Origin: Atopobium sp.
GTDB lineage: Bacteria; Actinomycetota; Coriobacteriia; Coriobacteriales; Atopobiaceae
Length of the DNA: 64,000 bases
Assembly: GCA_015258925.1 (NCBI GenBank)
Contig: JABZHH010000002.1
Location: forward strand, 7,775-71,774
Direction: 5' to 3'
The notes under the pieces were generated by a model. That model ran no database searches. It had not been told where the DNA came from and worked only from the letters and a program-made list of their open reading frames with translations. A program made the translations under genes and the position numbers. Below, in pieces: positions 1 through 10,276 of the stretch (the first letter of the stretch is position 1; each line of letters starts with the position of its first letter).

Positions 1-1
1 C

Positions 2-208
2 GAGTCCCTTGCTGCAAGCATTTTGAACAACCTTCCTGAGGTTGTTGAAGAGACTGTTGACGAGGAAGAGATTGCTCATCGTTGCAAGTATGTGAGCCCT
101 AACGGAACCCCTTGCCGCAATATGGCAAGACCTGGTTCTGATTTCTGTGGCATTCATGATGACATGGAGAATGCAGAGATTTCTTCCGATCCAGACTCAC
201 TGATCTAG
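2..208 (+). CDS. 3' end of a gene, probably transcription factor NusA, with a C-terminal CCCH Zn-finger-like tail (5'-truncated by the window edge)
   Basis: The frame is open from base 2 to TAG at 208 and lies directly upstream of infB-rbfA, the usual nusA position. It contains C-x9-C-x10-C-x2-H. Identity rests on synteny only. Confidence 0.55.
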   Translation, partial: ESLAASILNNLPEVVEETVDEEEIAHRCKYVSPNGTPCRNMARPGSDFCGIHDDMENAEISSDPDSLI

Positions 209-251
209 GCAACTACCTGTAACTATCCCGTCAACCGGAAGGTTTTCATAT

Positions 252-2891
252 ATGGCAAAAATGCGTGTACATGACCTTGCCAAAGAATATGGTATGCAGA
301 GCAAAGAATTGCTCGAGCACCTTGCGGACATGAAGATTCCTGCAAAGTCTGCTTCTTCTACGCTTGAAGATGCATATATCTCTATTGTTCGTAAGAAACT
401 CCAGCCTATTATGGAGGCTCGTGCCGCTGAAATTGCAGCTCAGAAGGCTGCTGAGGAAGAGGCTGCTGCCAAAGAGGCAAAGGCTGCTGCAGAGGCAGCA
501 GAGGCTGAGCGACTTGCTGCAGAGGCAAGGCGTGAGGCTGAGCGTGCTGAAGAAGAGAAGAAGCGCGCAAAGGAAGAGGCTGCTCGCAAGAAAGAAGAGG
601 AGCGCCGCCGCGCTGAGGAGGAGAAGAAGCGTCTTGAGGCTGAAGAGGCCGAGCGTAATCGCGTAAAGGATACCGCTCCTAAGGCTGCTCCTTCTTTCAA
701 TAACCTGCTTGATCAGATTGCTCAGCAGGAAGAGGTATTGAAGCAGCAGGCAGCAGAGTCTGCTGCTCAGAAGAAGGCTGAGAAGGGACCTAGAAACCAC
801 GCTCGCGCTAATGCAAGCGAGGCAAGTGGTGCTCCTTCTCGTCATAACTTCAAGAATGAGCGCGATGACGCCTCCATGTCTGATGAGCGTCCAAATGGTA
901 AGCGTAAGAAGAACCGTCGTGGCGGAGATGACGGAGAAGACCGTTATAGCCGTATGGCGCGTGAAGCTGAGGCTTACAACAGAAGTCGCGTTTTAGATGA
1001 GGCTCGCGTTGCTATTGAAGAGGCAAGCCGCGAGTCCACTGGTCGCCGTAAAAAGCGTAAAGAGCGTCGTCAGAAGCAGGCTGCAGAGGCTGCTATGGAG
1101 CAGCGTATTGAGGAAGCACTCGCAAACGACCAGGATATTTCCCAGCTTGATACCGTAAAGGTTCCTCAGGGCTCTACTGTCTCTGAACTTGCTGAGCTTC
1201 TTGGCGTTCCTGCAAACGACATTATTAAGCGCCTGTTCCTGCTTGGCAATCCTCTGACGCTTACCGAGACCATGTCTGATGAGCTTATTGAGATTGTTGC
1301 TGATGACCTTGGCCGCCAGATTAAGATCATGTCCAAGGAGGAGGAGAATTCCTTCACCTTCTACGATGATCCTAAGGACTTGAAGCCACGTCCTCCAGTA
1401 GTTACCGTTATGGGTCACGTTGACCACGGTAAGACATCGCTTCTGGACGCAATCCGTCACACTGGCGTTGCAGCTGGCGAGGCTGGTGGTATTACACAGG
1501 CAATCGGTGCTTCTCAGGTCACCATTAACGGCCGTGAGATTACCTTCATTGATACCCCAGGTCACGAGACCTTTACCGCAATGCGTGCTCGTGGTGCAAA
1601 GGTTACCGATATTGTCATCTTGATTGTTGCTGCAGACGACGGTGTTATGCCTCAGACCATTGAGTCTATCAACCACGCAAAGGCTGCTGGTGTTCCAATT
1701 GTTGTTGCAGTCAACAAGATTGATAAGCCAGGCGCAGATCCTACCCGTGTCCGTCAGGAGCTCACCGAGTACGGTGTTATTCCTGAGGAGTGGGGCGGAC
1801 AGAACATGTTTGTTGACATCTCCGCTAAGCAGAATTTGGGCATCGACGATCTTCTCGAGACCATTCTTTTGCAGGCAGATGTCCTTGAGCTAAAGGCTAA
1901 CCCAGATACCTTTGCGTCTGGTAACGTTCTTGAAGCTAAGCTTGACCGTGGTCGCGGCTCTGTTGCTACTGTTTTGGTTACACGCGGCACACTCCACATC
2001 GGCGACGCTCTTGTTGCTGGTATGGCCTTTGGACGCGTCCGTGCAATGCTTGATCCTAAGGGCAACGCAGTTACTACCGCTGGTCCTTCTGATGCAGTTG
2101 AGATTCTTGGTCTGCAGACCGTTCCTGGCGCAGGCGATGAGTTCCGTGTCTTCCAGGAGGAGCGCGACGCTCGAGAGCTTGCTGATCAGCGCGCCCTTAA
2201 GGCTCGCATTGAAGAGCAGAACCGTGTTAAGCACGTTACCCTCGAGAACCTCTTTGACACCATGGCTGACCGTGACGTCAAGGAACTCAACCTCATCATC
2301 AAGGCTGACGTTCAGGGCTCCATCGAGGCTCTCCAGGATTCCCTGGACAAGATGGACCAGTCCGAGGTTCGTATTAGTACCATCCACTCTGCCGTTGGTG
2401 GCATTACCGAGACAGACGTTGTTCTCGCTGATGCATCCAACGCAATTATCATTGGCTTTGGCGTCCGTCCAGATGCAAAGGCTAAGCTTGCTGCAGAGCG
2501 CGTAGGTGTTGAAATCAGAACATATAGCGTCATCTACAAGGCAATCGAAGAGATTGACGCTGCTCGTATTGGTATGCTTAAGCCAACTGAGCAGGAAGTC
2601 CAGACCGGCGTTGCTGAAGTTCGCGATACCTTCAAGGTACCTAAGGTTGGTATTGCTGCCGGCTGCATGATTTCTGAGGGTGAGATTTCCCGCGACGATA
2701 ACATCCGCCTCATCCGTGACGGCTTTGTTGTTTACGATGGAAAGATTGCATCGCTCAGGCGCTTCAAAGACGACGTTAAGAGCGTTAAATCCGGCTACGA
2801 ATGCGGTATTGGCCTTGAGAACTTCCAGGACATCAAGCCTGGCGACCAGCTTGAGGGCTATCGCATTGAGCAGGTGGCTCGTACCGAGTAA
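252..2891 (+). CDS. infB: Translation initiation factor IF-2
   Basis: N-terminal RVHDLAKE domain; G motifs GHVDHGKT, DTPGH, NKID; IF-2 C-terminal domains. Confidence 0.99.
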   Translation: MAKMRVHDLAKEYGMQSKELLEHLADMKIPAKSASSTLEDAYISIVRKKLQPIMEARAAEIAAQKAAEEEAAAKEAKAAAEAAEAERLAAEARREAERAEEEKKRAKEEAARKKEEERRRAEEEKKRLEAEEAERNRVKDTAPKAAPSFNNLLDQIAQQEEVLKQQAAESAAQKKAEKGPRNHARANASEASGAPSRHNFKNERDDASMSDERPNGKRKKNRRGGDDGEDRYSRMAREAEAYNRSRVLDEARVAIEEASRESTGRRKKRKERRQKQAAEAAMEQRIEEALANDQDISQLDTVKVPQGSTVSELAELLGVPANDIIKRLFLLGNPLTLTETMSDELIEIVADDLGRQIKIMSKEEENSFTFYDDPKDLKPRPPVVTVMGHVDHGKTSLLDAIRHTGVAAGEAGGITQAIGASQVTINGREITFIDTPGHETFTAMRARGAKVTDIVILIVAADDGVMPQTIESINHAKAAGVPIVVAVNKIDKPGADPTRVRQELTEYGVIPEEWGGQNMFVDISAKQNLGIDDLLETILLQADVLELKANPDTFASGNVLEAKLDRGRGSVATVLVTRGTLHIGDALVAGMAFGRVRAMLDPKGNAVTTAGPSDAVEILGLQTVPGAGDEFRVFQEERDARELADQRALKARIEEQNRVKHVTLENLFDTMADRDVKELNLIIKADVQGSIEALQDSLDKMDQSEVRISTIHSAVGGITETDVVLADASNAIIIGFGVRPDAKAKLAAERVGVEIRTYSVIYKAIEEIDAARIGMLKPTEQEVQTGVAEVRDTFKVPKVGIAAGCMISEGEISRDDNIRLIRDGFVVYDGKIASLRRFKDDVKSVKSGYECGIGLENFQDIKPGDQLEGYRIEQVARTE

Positions 2892-2902
2892 GAAGGGACA
2901 GC

Positions 2903-3313
2903 ATGAAACAGAATCAGTTTTCTCGTCGTACTAATGAGATTGCTCGAGAAAAGCTCAGCTGGATCCTTTTGTTTGAAATTTCCGACCCTGATCTCCAGCT
3001 TGTGACTGTCACAAGCTGCGAGGTCTCGGTTGATAAGTCCTTTATGCGCGCCTATGTAAGCTGTGAGCCTGATCGCTACGAGAAGGTCCTCGCAGCTCTC
3101 AAGCGTGCAAAGGGTAGGATTCGCTCGCTTTTGGGTCATGCGCTGAACTGGCGCGTAACCCCTGAGCTTGATTTCAAAATTGATACCACTACCGATGAGG
3201 CTGAGCGTATTGCTCAGGCCCTTGAGGTTGTTCCACCAACGCTTGGTGTTGAGAAAGACGAGTTTGGATACCCTCTAGCTTCTGATGAAGAGAATTCTGA
3301 CGAGGAGGCGTAA
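2903..3313 (+). CDS. rbfA: 30S ribosome-binding factor A
   Basis: Follows infB; DPDLQLVTVT and RVTPELDF motifs. Confidence 0.95.
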   Translation: MKQNQFSRRTNEIAREKLSWILLFEISDPDLQLVTVTSCEVSVDKSFMRAYVSCEPDRYEKVLAALKRAKGRIRSLLGHALNWRVTPELDFKIDTTTDEAERIAQALEVVPPTLGVEKDEFGYPLASDEENSDEEA

Positions 3314-3317
3314 GTAA

Positions 3318-4337
3318 GTGACGTCACTGAATACAAAAGTCAGTCGTCCAGAGTTTGACGAGGTTATAGCTCTGATTGAGCAGGCCTCGTCAATCGTTGT
3401 TTGCGCACATACTTCTCCTGATGGAGATGCGATTGGCTCTGGATTAGCACTTTCTTCCATTATTCAGAGAAGATGGCCTAGCAAAACTGTCACCAATCTT
3501 TTGGCAGATGCTGATGGAGAAGTACCACGTATTTACAAGTTTCTTGATGGTACTGAGAGCTTTGTCCCTGCAAATAAGTACGAGGGAACTCCAGATCTTT
3601 TTATCTGCGTAGATCTTTCTACTGCAGGTCGTTTGGCTGATGCAAAAGCGCTGATGGAGCGCTCTAAGACGGTAGCAGTGCTTGACCATCACCCTTATAA
3701 CAACGTGTATTGGAATGCAGGGCTTGTGCGTCCTGATGCAGCAGCAACTGGCGTCATTATCACCGAGTTTGCCTGTCATTTAGGTGCAGAACTTATTCCA
3801 TCTGAGGCACAATGCCTTATGTGTGCGCTGGTAACTGATACTGGTCGTTTCCAGTACCAAAACGCTGACGGCGAGGCTTTTGAGGTAGCAAGTTTGCTGG
3901 TAGAAGCAGGTGCTTCTCCATCTCAGATTGCGCTTCATGTCTACCAGAGTGATCGCTTGGCCTATCTTCATCTTGCCGCAAAGGTTATGGGTCGTATTCT
4001 CACCTTTGGTGAGGGTCGCGTTGCCTACAGCTACGTTACTACTGCAGATCTTTCTGCATCAGGTGTTCCTCTAGCAGAGATGGATGGCCTGGTAGATATT
4101 GTGCGCTGTGTTGAGGGAACAGAAATCGCACTCTTCCTTAAAGAGGTTGATGGCGGCAAAGTTCGCGGCAACCTGCGTTCAAAATCAGAGCTTGATATTT
4201 CTGGCGTAGCTCGTCAAATGGGTGGTGGTGGACACACTGCTGCTGCAGGTTTTACCGCTGAAGGCACCATTGACGATGTGTTTACCCAGATAGTCCCTCT
4301 GCTCATCGATCTTCTCGCCCTTGACAAGGAGTCATAG
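3318..4337 (+). CDS. nrnA: DHH/DHHA1 phosphoesterase (NrnA-like oligoribonuclease/pAp phosphatase)
   Basis: HTSPDGDAIGS, LDHH, DTGRF and GGGGH..AAG motifs; typical position between rbfA and truB. Confidence 0.9.
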   Translation: MTSLNTKVSRPEFDEVIALIEQASSIVVCAHTSPDGDAIGSGLALSSIIQRRWPSKTVTNLLADADGEVPRIYKFLDGTESFVPANKYEGTPDLFICVDLSTAGRLADAKALMERSKTVAVLDHHPYNNVYWNAGLVRPDAAATGVIITEFACHLGAELIPSEAQCLMCALVTDTGRFQYQNADGEAFEVASLLVEAGASPSQIALHVYQSDRLAYLHLAAKVMGRILTFGEGRVAYSYVTTADLSASGVPLAEMDGLVDIVRCVEGTEIALFLKEVDGGKVRGNLRSKSELDISGVARQMGGGGHTAAAGFTAEGTIDDVFTQIVPLLIDLLALDKES

Positions 4338-5279
4338 GTGAAGCGAGGAGCTAGTGGAATTAACGCACTTATTGCTGTTGACAAACCGCTTGGGCTGACC
4401 AGCCATGACGTGGTTTCTCGTGTTCGCCGTGCATTTGGCGAGAAACGCGTGGGGCATGCAGGCACTTTGGATCCTAATGCAAGTGGCGTGTTGGTAGTGG
4501 GCATTGGACTTGCTACAAAGCTGTTGGGCCTCCTGACGCTGGACCGAAAGGGGTATGTGGCCGATATCTCGTTTGGGGCTCGTACCTCAACCGATGATGC
4601 AGACGGTCAGGTCGTAGCCACTGCTGCTGTCCCAGAAAATCTGTGCGATGAAGAGTTTGCTCGCGCTGCATGCGCAAAGCTGGTGGGTACGGTAGACCAG
4701 CTGCCACCAGCGGTTTCCGCAATCTCTGTTGATGGCAAACGTGCCTATCAGCTTGTTCGTGAAGGTAAGACGCCAGAGCTTGCGGCTCGTAGAGTCTCTA
4801 TTTACGATGCTACGCTTTTGGCGGTGCGCAAACCTTCTACTACGGATGAATCACTGGTGTGGACGGTTGCTTTTGATGTTTCTAAAGGCACCTACATCAG
4901 AAGCATTGCTCGAGACCTGGGTCAATCTCTTGGCACAGAGGCTCATATTAGTGGCCTAAGAAGGACGTTCTCTGGTCCCATTACGCTTGGTAGCTGCGCT
5001 TCATTAGAAGAGCTTGAACAAAGCCCAGCTCAAGTGCTTGAAGCAAAACGCCTTAATCCAACTGAGGTTCTTGGTTATCCTGTGCATAGGCTGACTGGAG
5101 CAGAATACAAATGTGTTGAGGTTGGAAAGCGTTTTGGTATTCCAGAAGATCTTTCTGAGGTTACTCATAACTCGCTGGTCAGCCTTGTGTGGAATGATGC
5201 TCTTGTGGGAATTTGGACAAGGCAAGGTTCCTGTCTAGTCTGCCAGACCAACTTCTCTCAAGGTATTTTGTGTAAGTAA
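4338..5279 (+). CDS. truB: tRNA pseudouridine(55) synthase
   Basis: DKPLGLTSHDVV, GHAGTLDP and SKGTYIRS motifs. Confidence 0.97.
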   Translation: MKRGASGINALIAVDKPLGLTSHDVVSRVRRAFGEKRVGHAGTLDPNASGVLVVGIGLATKLLGLLTLDRKGYVADISFGARTSTDDADGQVVATAAVPENLCDEEFARAACAKLVGTVDQLPPAVSAISVDGKRAYQLVREGKTPELAARRVSIYDATLLAVRKPSTTDESLVWTVAFDVSKGTYIRSIARDLGQSLGTEAHISGLRRTFSGPITLGSCASLEELEQSPAQVLEAKRLNPTEVLGYPVHRLTGAEYKCVEVGKRFGIPEDLSEVTHNSLVSLVWNDALVGIWTRQGSCLVCQTNFSQGILCK

Positions 5280-5287
5280 GGACGCAC

Positions 5288-6325
5288 GTGAACAAGGTAG
5301 AGCGCATAGTACAATCCGTTTTGTATGGAAGTGAGTTGCCGGCTCCACGTGAGCTTGGTGATGCTGACTTCTATACACTGCGTTCTGACTGCTACAGGCA
5401 GCCTTGCGTGTGCGTGCTTGGTGTCTTTGACGGACTTCATGAGGGCCACCAAGGGCTTCTCGCTAGCGCAAAAAAGGACGCCGAAGCTCGCAATATACCA
5501 CTTGTTGCTGTGACGTTTTTACCAGACCCTGTTGAGGTGCTGTTTGACGGATCTCCTCGGCGATTGCTCTCGGGAGAAGATAGACTTCGTGCACTTGCCG
5601 CATGGGGAGTGGATGGCATCTTGGTGCACCACTTTACCCGCGAGTTTGCGGCATTGAGCGCTACGCAATACGTTGAGGGTAAGTTGCTTCCGAGTGTTTC
5701 GGCCGTATCCGTTCATGTGGGTTCTGACTTTGGCCTGGGCGCACAAGGAGCTGAAGGAAGCGCGTTGCTCACCTCGCTTGGGCATAAGCATGGCTTTGAA
5801 GTTCACGCCCATGAGCTCTTTTGCTCAGGTGGACAGAAAATCTCTGCAACTCGTATTAGGGATTTGCTTGAGCAGGGTAAAGTTGAGGAAGCGGCAAGTC
5901 TGTTGGGCCGCTGGCACTTTGTGGGTGGCGTGGTTAAGCACGGCCGAGGCCAAGGTACTGGTTTTGGCTTTCCAACTGCAAATGTTTCGCTCGACCTGCG
6001 TGATTGCATTCCTCAAGATGGCGTGTATGCGTGCTATGTGGTTCATGGCGCAACAGCATGGCCCGCTGCGGTTAATGTGGGAAAAGCTCCGTCATTTCAG
6101 TCTCAAACAGGACCTTTACTTGAAGCTAACCTCCTAGGTTTTAGCGGCAACTTATATGACTCGCAGGTTCAAACGGTATTTGTGAAGAGACTGAGGGAAT
6201 CTAAAAAATTTGATTCGCTTGAAGAGCTCAAGCGTGCCGTTCGTGGAAATATAGATTGGGTAGCCCAGAATCTGGGTACGACTTCATATAACTTAGGAAG
6301 CGGGGAGGTGGAAGATGATAACTGA
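5288..6325 (+). CDS. ribF: Bifunctional riboflavin kinase/FAD synthetase
   Basis: GVFDGLHEGHQ, ISATRIR and GFPTAN motifs. Confidence 0.95.
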   Translation: MNKVERIVQSVLYGSELPAPRELGDADFYTLRSDCYRQPCVCVLGVFDGLHEGHQGLLASAKKDAEARNIPLVAVTFLPDPVEVLFDGSPRRLLSGEDRLRALAAWGVDGILVHHFTREFAALSATQYVEGKLLPSVSAVSVHVGSDFGLGAQGAEGSALLTSLGHKHGFEVHAHELFCSGGQKISATRIRDLLEQGKVEEAASLLGRWHFVGGVVKHGRGQGTGFGFPTANVSLDLRDCIPQDGVYACYVVHGATAWPAAVNVGKAPSFQSQTGPLLEANLLGFSGNLYDSQVQTVFVKRLRESKKFDSLEELKRAVRGNIDWVAQNLGTTSYNLGSGEVEDDN

Positions 6326-8297
6326 CGAAGATAAAGAGCGCGTAAGACAAGCCACAGATTTTGTCACGCTTGTTTCCGAGACAGTTGAGCTAAAACCCCG
6401 AGGTCAGGACTATTGGGGATGCTGTCCTTTCCACCAAGAAAAAAGCCCTTCATTCAAGATAAATCCTTCTACGGGTCTTTGGCACTGCTTTGGCGCTTGC
6501 TCCGAAGGCGGAGACGTCTTTAGCTATGTCATGAAGCGAGAAAATCTAGATTTTCCTGACGCTATCAGATATCTTGCCGATAAAGCTGGAATTACCCTTT
6601 CAGAAGAAGCTCATGTTTCTAAGGGTCCCCGCAAGAATCGCTTAATTGAGTGTTTGACCGAGGCCGAGAATTACTTCCACTCCATGCTTATGCGCGGAAG
6701 GGGAGAAGGTCCTGAGGCGGCGCGTGCATATCTCTCTGGTCGCGGATTTGGAGCGGCTGTCTGCAAGCGCTGGAAGCTGGGATATGCACCTGGCAGAGGC
6801 GCGCTTGTAGCGCACCTGCGTAAATGTGGCTATACCACGCAAGAGATGATTGCTGCAAACCTTGCCGTTGAGCGTAACGGTCGCATCAGTGACTGGTTCT
6901 ATGATCGAGTGATGTTTCCTATTCATGATGAGCAGGGAAGAACTATTGCTTTTGGCGGGCGAATTACTAAAAAGGTAGAAAACGCTCCTAAGTACCTTAA
7001 TACCAGAGACACTTCTGTCTTTAATAAAGGTAAGCACCTCTTTGCCTACGATGTTGCAAAAGAGACTATTGCTGCCCAGTCCGAAGCCATTATTTGTGAG
7101 GGTTACACTGATGTTATTGCCATGCATGAGGCTGGTTTTACCAACACTGTGGCAGCTCTAGGTACCGCATTCACGTCTGAACACGTCAAACTCATCGATC
7201 GCCAGCGTGCGCGTAAAATTATTTGCATGTTTGATGGTGATGCAGCGGGTCAACACGCCGCAGCACGTGCTATTAAATTTATCGATAAAACAACCGCTGC
7301 GTTTCTTTGTGTTGTTTTGCCAAATAACCAGGACCCCATGGAGTTTCTCGCCGAATCAGGTGCAGATAAGCTACGTCCTATCTTAGATGCAGCTCGTCCG
7401 CTTATGGACTTTGTCTTTGATGCCACAACCGCGCAGTTTGACTTATCCGTGCCCGGTGGCCGAGTCAAGGCGCTTGAAGCTTTAGCATCCTTATTGGCTC
7501 CGCTCAAGACATCAGTGCTGCTGAGCGAGTATGCACTTCGTGTGTCCGATCTGCTTCATATTGATGTTGAGGAAGCAAAGCGCGCAATTAAAGCCGCACC
7601 TATTCAAGATGATACGTTGGATACGCGTACTTCAAAGGCAGCGCGCAAACAGCCTCAGAAGAGTGCGGCCAACTCTTCGTACAACTCAACTTCCAAGACT
7701 TCAACGTATACTGACGGTCCTTCATACGATGATGTCCCACCGTATGATGAGGTTCCATCATATGACGATCCATCTTCGTATGGTGTTCCTGTCGACGCTT
7801 ATGTATCGCACGGTTCACAGGGGCTTTCCGCAGAAGACCGCAGACAGGTCAACTCAGAACTTGAGCTTTTAAGCGCTATGGCAACAAATCTGTCCTTGGT
7901 GCGAGAGTATCAAGATCGTATTGCAGACTTTGTATGGGCTGATGCTCGCCACCAAACTATGGCATGGGCAATGCTTGCTACTCCAGAGGGAGCTACACCA
8001 GCGCGGGTAGTTGCTGCAGCTGCGGCTGTCGAACCAAATGCGGCAGCTATTCTTTCGTCTGGCCGCGTGATATCTGAGGGCAATTCCGATACACGCCGCT
8101 CACTTGAGTTTATTGTTGATACTGTTGACTACTATTCGGTGCAGCGCAAATTGCGAGAAATTCGTTCTAATTTACGCTCCAGTTCTTATGCAGGGGAGTC
8201 TTCTGACGGAACTCTGGCAGAAGAGCAGCTTGCCGCCGCACAAGCACTTCAGACACGAGCGTTGGAGTTAGGTAAGAGGCTTACTTCAGGGCAATAA
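6315..8297 (+). CDS. dnaG: DNA primase
   Basis: CPFH..C..C zinc ribbon, PKYLN, EGYTDV and TOPRIM FDGDAAG; upstream of rpoD. Confidence 0.97.
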   Translation: MITDEDKERVRQATDFVTLVSETVELKPRGQDYWGCCPFHQEKSPSFKINPSTGLWHCFGACSEGGDVFSYVMKRENLDFPDAIRYLADKAGITLSEEAHVSKGPRKNRLIECLTEAENYFHSMLMRGRGEGPEAARAYLSGRGFGAAVCKRWKLGYAPGRGALVAHLRKCGYTTQEMIAANLAVERNGRISDWFYDRVMFPIHDEQGRTIAFGGRITKKVENAPKYLNTRDTSVFNKGKHLFAYDVAKETIAAQSEAIICEGYTDVIAMHEAGFTNTVAALGTAFTSEHVKLIDRQRARKIICMFDGDAAGQHAAARAIKFIDKTTAAFLCVVLPNNQDPMEFLAESGADKLRPILDAARPLMDFVFDATTAQFDLSVPGGRVKALEALASLLAPLKTSVLLSEYALRVSDLLHIDVEEAKRAIKAAPIQDDTLDTRTSKAARKQPQKSAANSSYNSTSKTSTYTDGPSYDDVPPYDEVPSYDDPSSYGVPVDAYVSHGSQGLSAEDRRQVNSELELLSAMATNLSLVREYQDRIADFVWADARHQTMAWAMLATPEGATPARVVAAAAAVEPNAAAILSSGRVISEGNSDTRRSLEFIVDTVDYYSVQRKLREIRSNLRSSSYAGESSDGTLAEEQLAAAQALQTRALELGKRLTSGQ

Positions 8298-8417
8298 AAA
8301 TACTCATTTTATGAGGATGCTACTCATCTAATTTTTTATAAATTAAAATGAGTAGTTTGATTAGGTAGAGAAACTTTTGGGTATAAAGATTTGCGCTAAT
8401 CTATCGAAAGGATATTT

Positions 8418-9785
8418 GTGGCTGCAAAAAAGGCAAATGACGAGGTCAAACTCTCAGATGAGCTTACTAAAATTGTTGATGATCTGGTAAGTTCTTCAAA
8501 GTCTAACGGTAGTATCAGCGAAGACGATATTCAGGTTGCCATTCGTGACGTTGACGTTAACGATGATGAGCTTTCTGACCTGTATGATTCGCTGCGCGTT
8601 AAAGGTGTTGAGATTACTACCGCATCTGAAGCAACCGTTTCTTTCGCCATTGAAGATGACGCCGTAGAAGACGATTTTTCATCCGATGATGACTTGGATG
8701 ACTCTTCTGATTTTGAAGATGAAGATGATGAAGATTTTGATGCTGTAAATGAGGCGCGCGAGGTTAAAGAGGCTCTCCGCTCTGTTTCTAAGGCAAAAGT
8801 CTCCAAGCCAAAACGTTCTTCTCGCGCTCGTGCTCGCCGTTCAGACACCACTACGGTTATGCTTACCGGCGATCCTGTCCGCATGTATCTTAAAGAGATT
8901 GGTAAGGTTGACCTGCTTACTGCATCAGAAGAGGTTCACCTTGCTATGAAGATTGAGGCAGGTACTGCAGCTTCTCAGAAGCTGGAGGATTTTGAGGATG
9001 GCCTCATCGAGCTCAACCGTGCAGAGCAGCGCCGCCTTATGCGTATTGAGTCCGTAGGACTTGACGCTAAGCAGCAGCTTATCTCTGCAAACCTTCGTCT
9101 TGTCGTCTCGATTGCAAAGCGCTATGTTGGCCGTGGCATGCTGTTCCTCGATCTTATCCAGGAAGGTAACCTGGGCCTTATTCGTGCTGTCGAGAAATTC
9201 GACTACACCAAGGGCTTTAAGTTCTCAACATATGCTACCTGGTGGATTCGTCAGGCAATTACCCGTGCTATTGCAGACCAGGCACGTACCATTCGTATTC
9301 CTGTCCACATGGTAGAGACCATCAATAAGCTCATCCGTGTTCAGCGTCAGCTTCTGCAAGATCTTGGTAGAGATCCTACCCCAGAAGAGATTGGCGCAGA
9401 AATGGGTATGTCTCCTGATCGCGTTCGCGAAATCCAGAAGATTAGCCAGGAGCCTGTCTCTCTTGAGACGCCTATTGGTGAAGAAGAAGATTCCCAGCTT
9501 GGAGACTTTATTGAGGATTCTTCAGCTGTTGCTCCACCAGATGCAGCTTCTGATTCAATGCTTCGTGAGCAGCTTGAGCAGGTTCTTGACGGCCTTGCTG
9601 ATCGTGAGCGTAAGGTTATTAAGTTCCGCTTTGGTCTTGAGGATGGCCACCCTCGCACCCTTGAAGAGGTAGGCAAGGAGTTTGGAGTTACGCGCGAGCG
9701 TATTCGCCAGATTGAGTCCAAGACCTTGGCAAAGCTTCGTCATCCTTCTAGGTCCGGCCGTCTTAAGGACTATATGGAGGAGTAG
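8418..9785 (+). CDS. rpoD: RNA polymerase principal sigma factor
   Basis: [37 protein letters not shown] and region-4 TRERIRQIE. Confidence 0.98.
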   Translation: MAAKKANDEVKLSDELTKIVDDLVSSSKSNGSISEDDIQVAIRDVDVNDDELSDLYDSLRVKGVEITTASEATVSFAIEDDAVEDDFSSDDDLDDSSDFEDEDDEDFDAVNEAREVKEALRSVSKAKVSKPKRSSRARARRSDTTTVMLTGDPVRMYLKEIGKVDLLTASEEVHLAMKIEAGTAASQKLEDFEDGLIELNRAEQRRLMRIESVGLDAKQQLISANLRLVVSIAKRYVGRGMLFLDLIQEGNLGLIRAVEKFDYTKGFKFSTYATWWIRQAITRAIADQARTIRIPVHMVETINKLIRVQRQLLQDLGRDPTPEEIGAEMGMSPDRVREIQKISQEPVSLETPIGEEEDSQLGDFIEDSSAVAPPDAASDSMLREQLEQVLDGLADRERKVIKFRFGLEDGHPRTLEEVGKEFGVTRERIRQIESKTLAKLRHPSRSGRLKDYMEE

Positions 9786-9851
9786 CTTCTTGGTTTAGGT
9801 ATGCAAGAGATTGTGCAAGAAGAATTTGACTAAATTTTTTCTAAATAATGC

Positions 9852-9880
9852 TTGCATGGTTTGGAATGTCTCTCTATACT
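9852..9880 (+). promoter_or_regulatory. Sigma70-type promoter of tRNA-Asn
   Basis: TTGCAT-N17-TATACT just upstream of the tRNA. Confidence 0.7.
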
Positions 9881-9906
9881 TAAACACCGCTGAGAAGCAC
9901 ACATAT

Positions 9907-9981
9907 TCCCCGATGGCGCAGCGGTAGCGCAGCTGACTGTTAATCAGCGTGTCGCAGGTTCAAATCCTGCTCGGGGAGCCA
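9907..9981 (+). tRNA. tRNA-Asn(GTT)
   Basis: Acceptor stem TCCCCGA/TCGGGGA, anticodon arm CTGA-ctGTTaa-TCAG, T-loop GTTCAAATC, encoded CCA. Confidence 0.97.
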
Positions 9982-9990
9982 GAATTTTCA

Positions 9991-10017
9991 AGACCAGGCA
10001 ATGCCTGGTCTTTTTTT
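9991..10017 (+). terminator. Rho-independent terminator after the tRNA
   Basis: AGACCAGGCA/TGCCTGGTCT hairpin followed by a T-run. Confidence 0.85.
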
Positions 10018-10230
10018 GTAAGAAAAGCTGTCCTGCTTTTCTCGCATTAGGCAGATTTTTATTCACAGATTTGAAGCGGACGATTTTCTCGATAACTTGG
10101 CCATTTGACCGCTTTTTCTTTATTTATCCTCAAAAACTTCAAAATTGATACCGTAAAAGGTACAAAACATAACGCTTACGGTATTTCTACAACCGTTGAG
10201 CGACATCTCACAAAGAGCTGTGATGAGATT

Positions 10231-10245
10231 TGTTAACGTACTCAT
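10231..10245. promoter_or_regulatory. Putative LacI-family (GalR-like) operator upstream of mglB
   Basis: TGTTAACGTACTCAT; identical copy at 19458-19472 and a 1-mismatch inverted copy at 19645-19659; CG-centred pseudo-palindrome typical of LacI operators. Confidence 0.75.
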
Positions 10246-10276
10246 TAAGGTCAGTGTTATGCAAAAGGCATAACAA

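Noticed and set aside
430..660. Repetitive GAG/GCT/AAG tract in infB
   Set aside because: Normal Ala/Glu/Lys-rich IF-2 N-terminal region, not a DNA repeat element.
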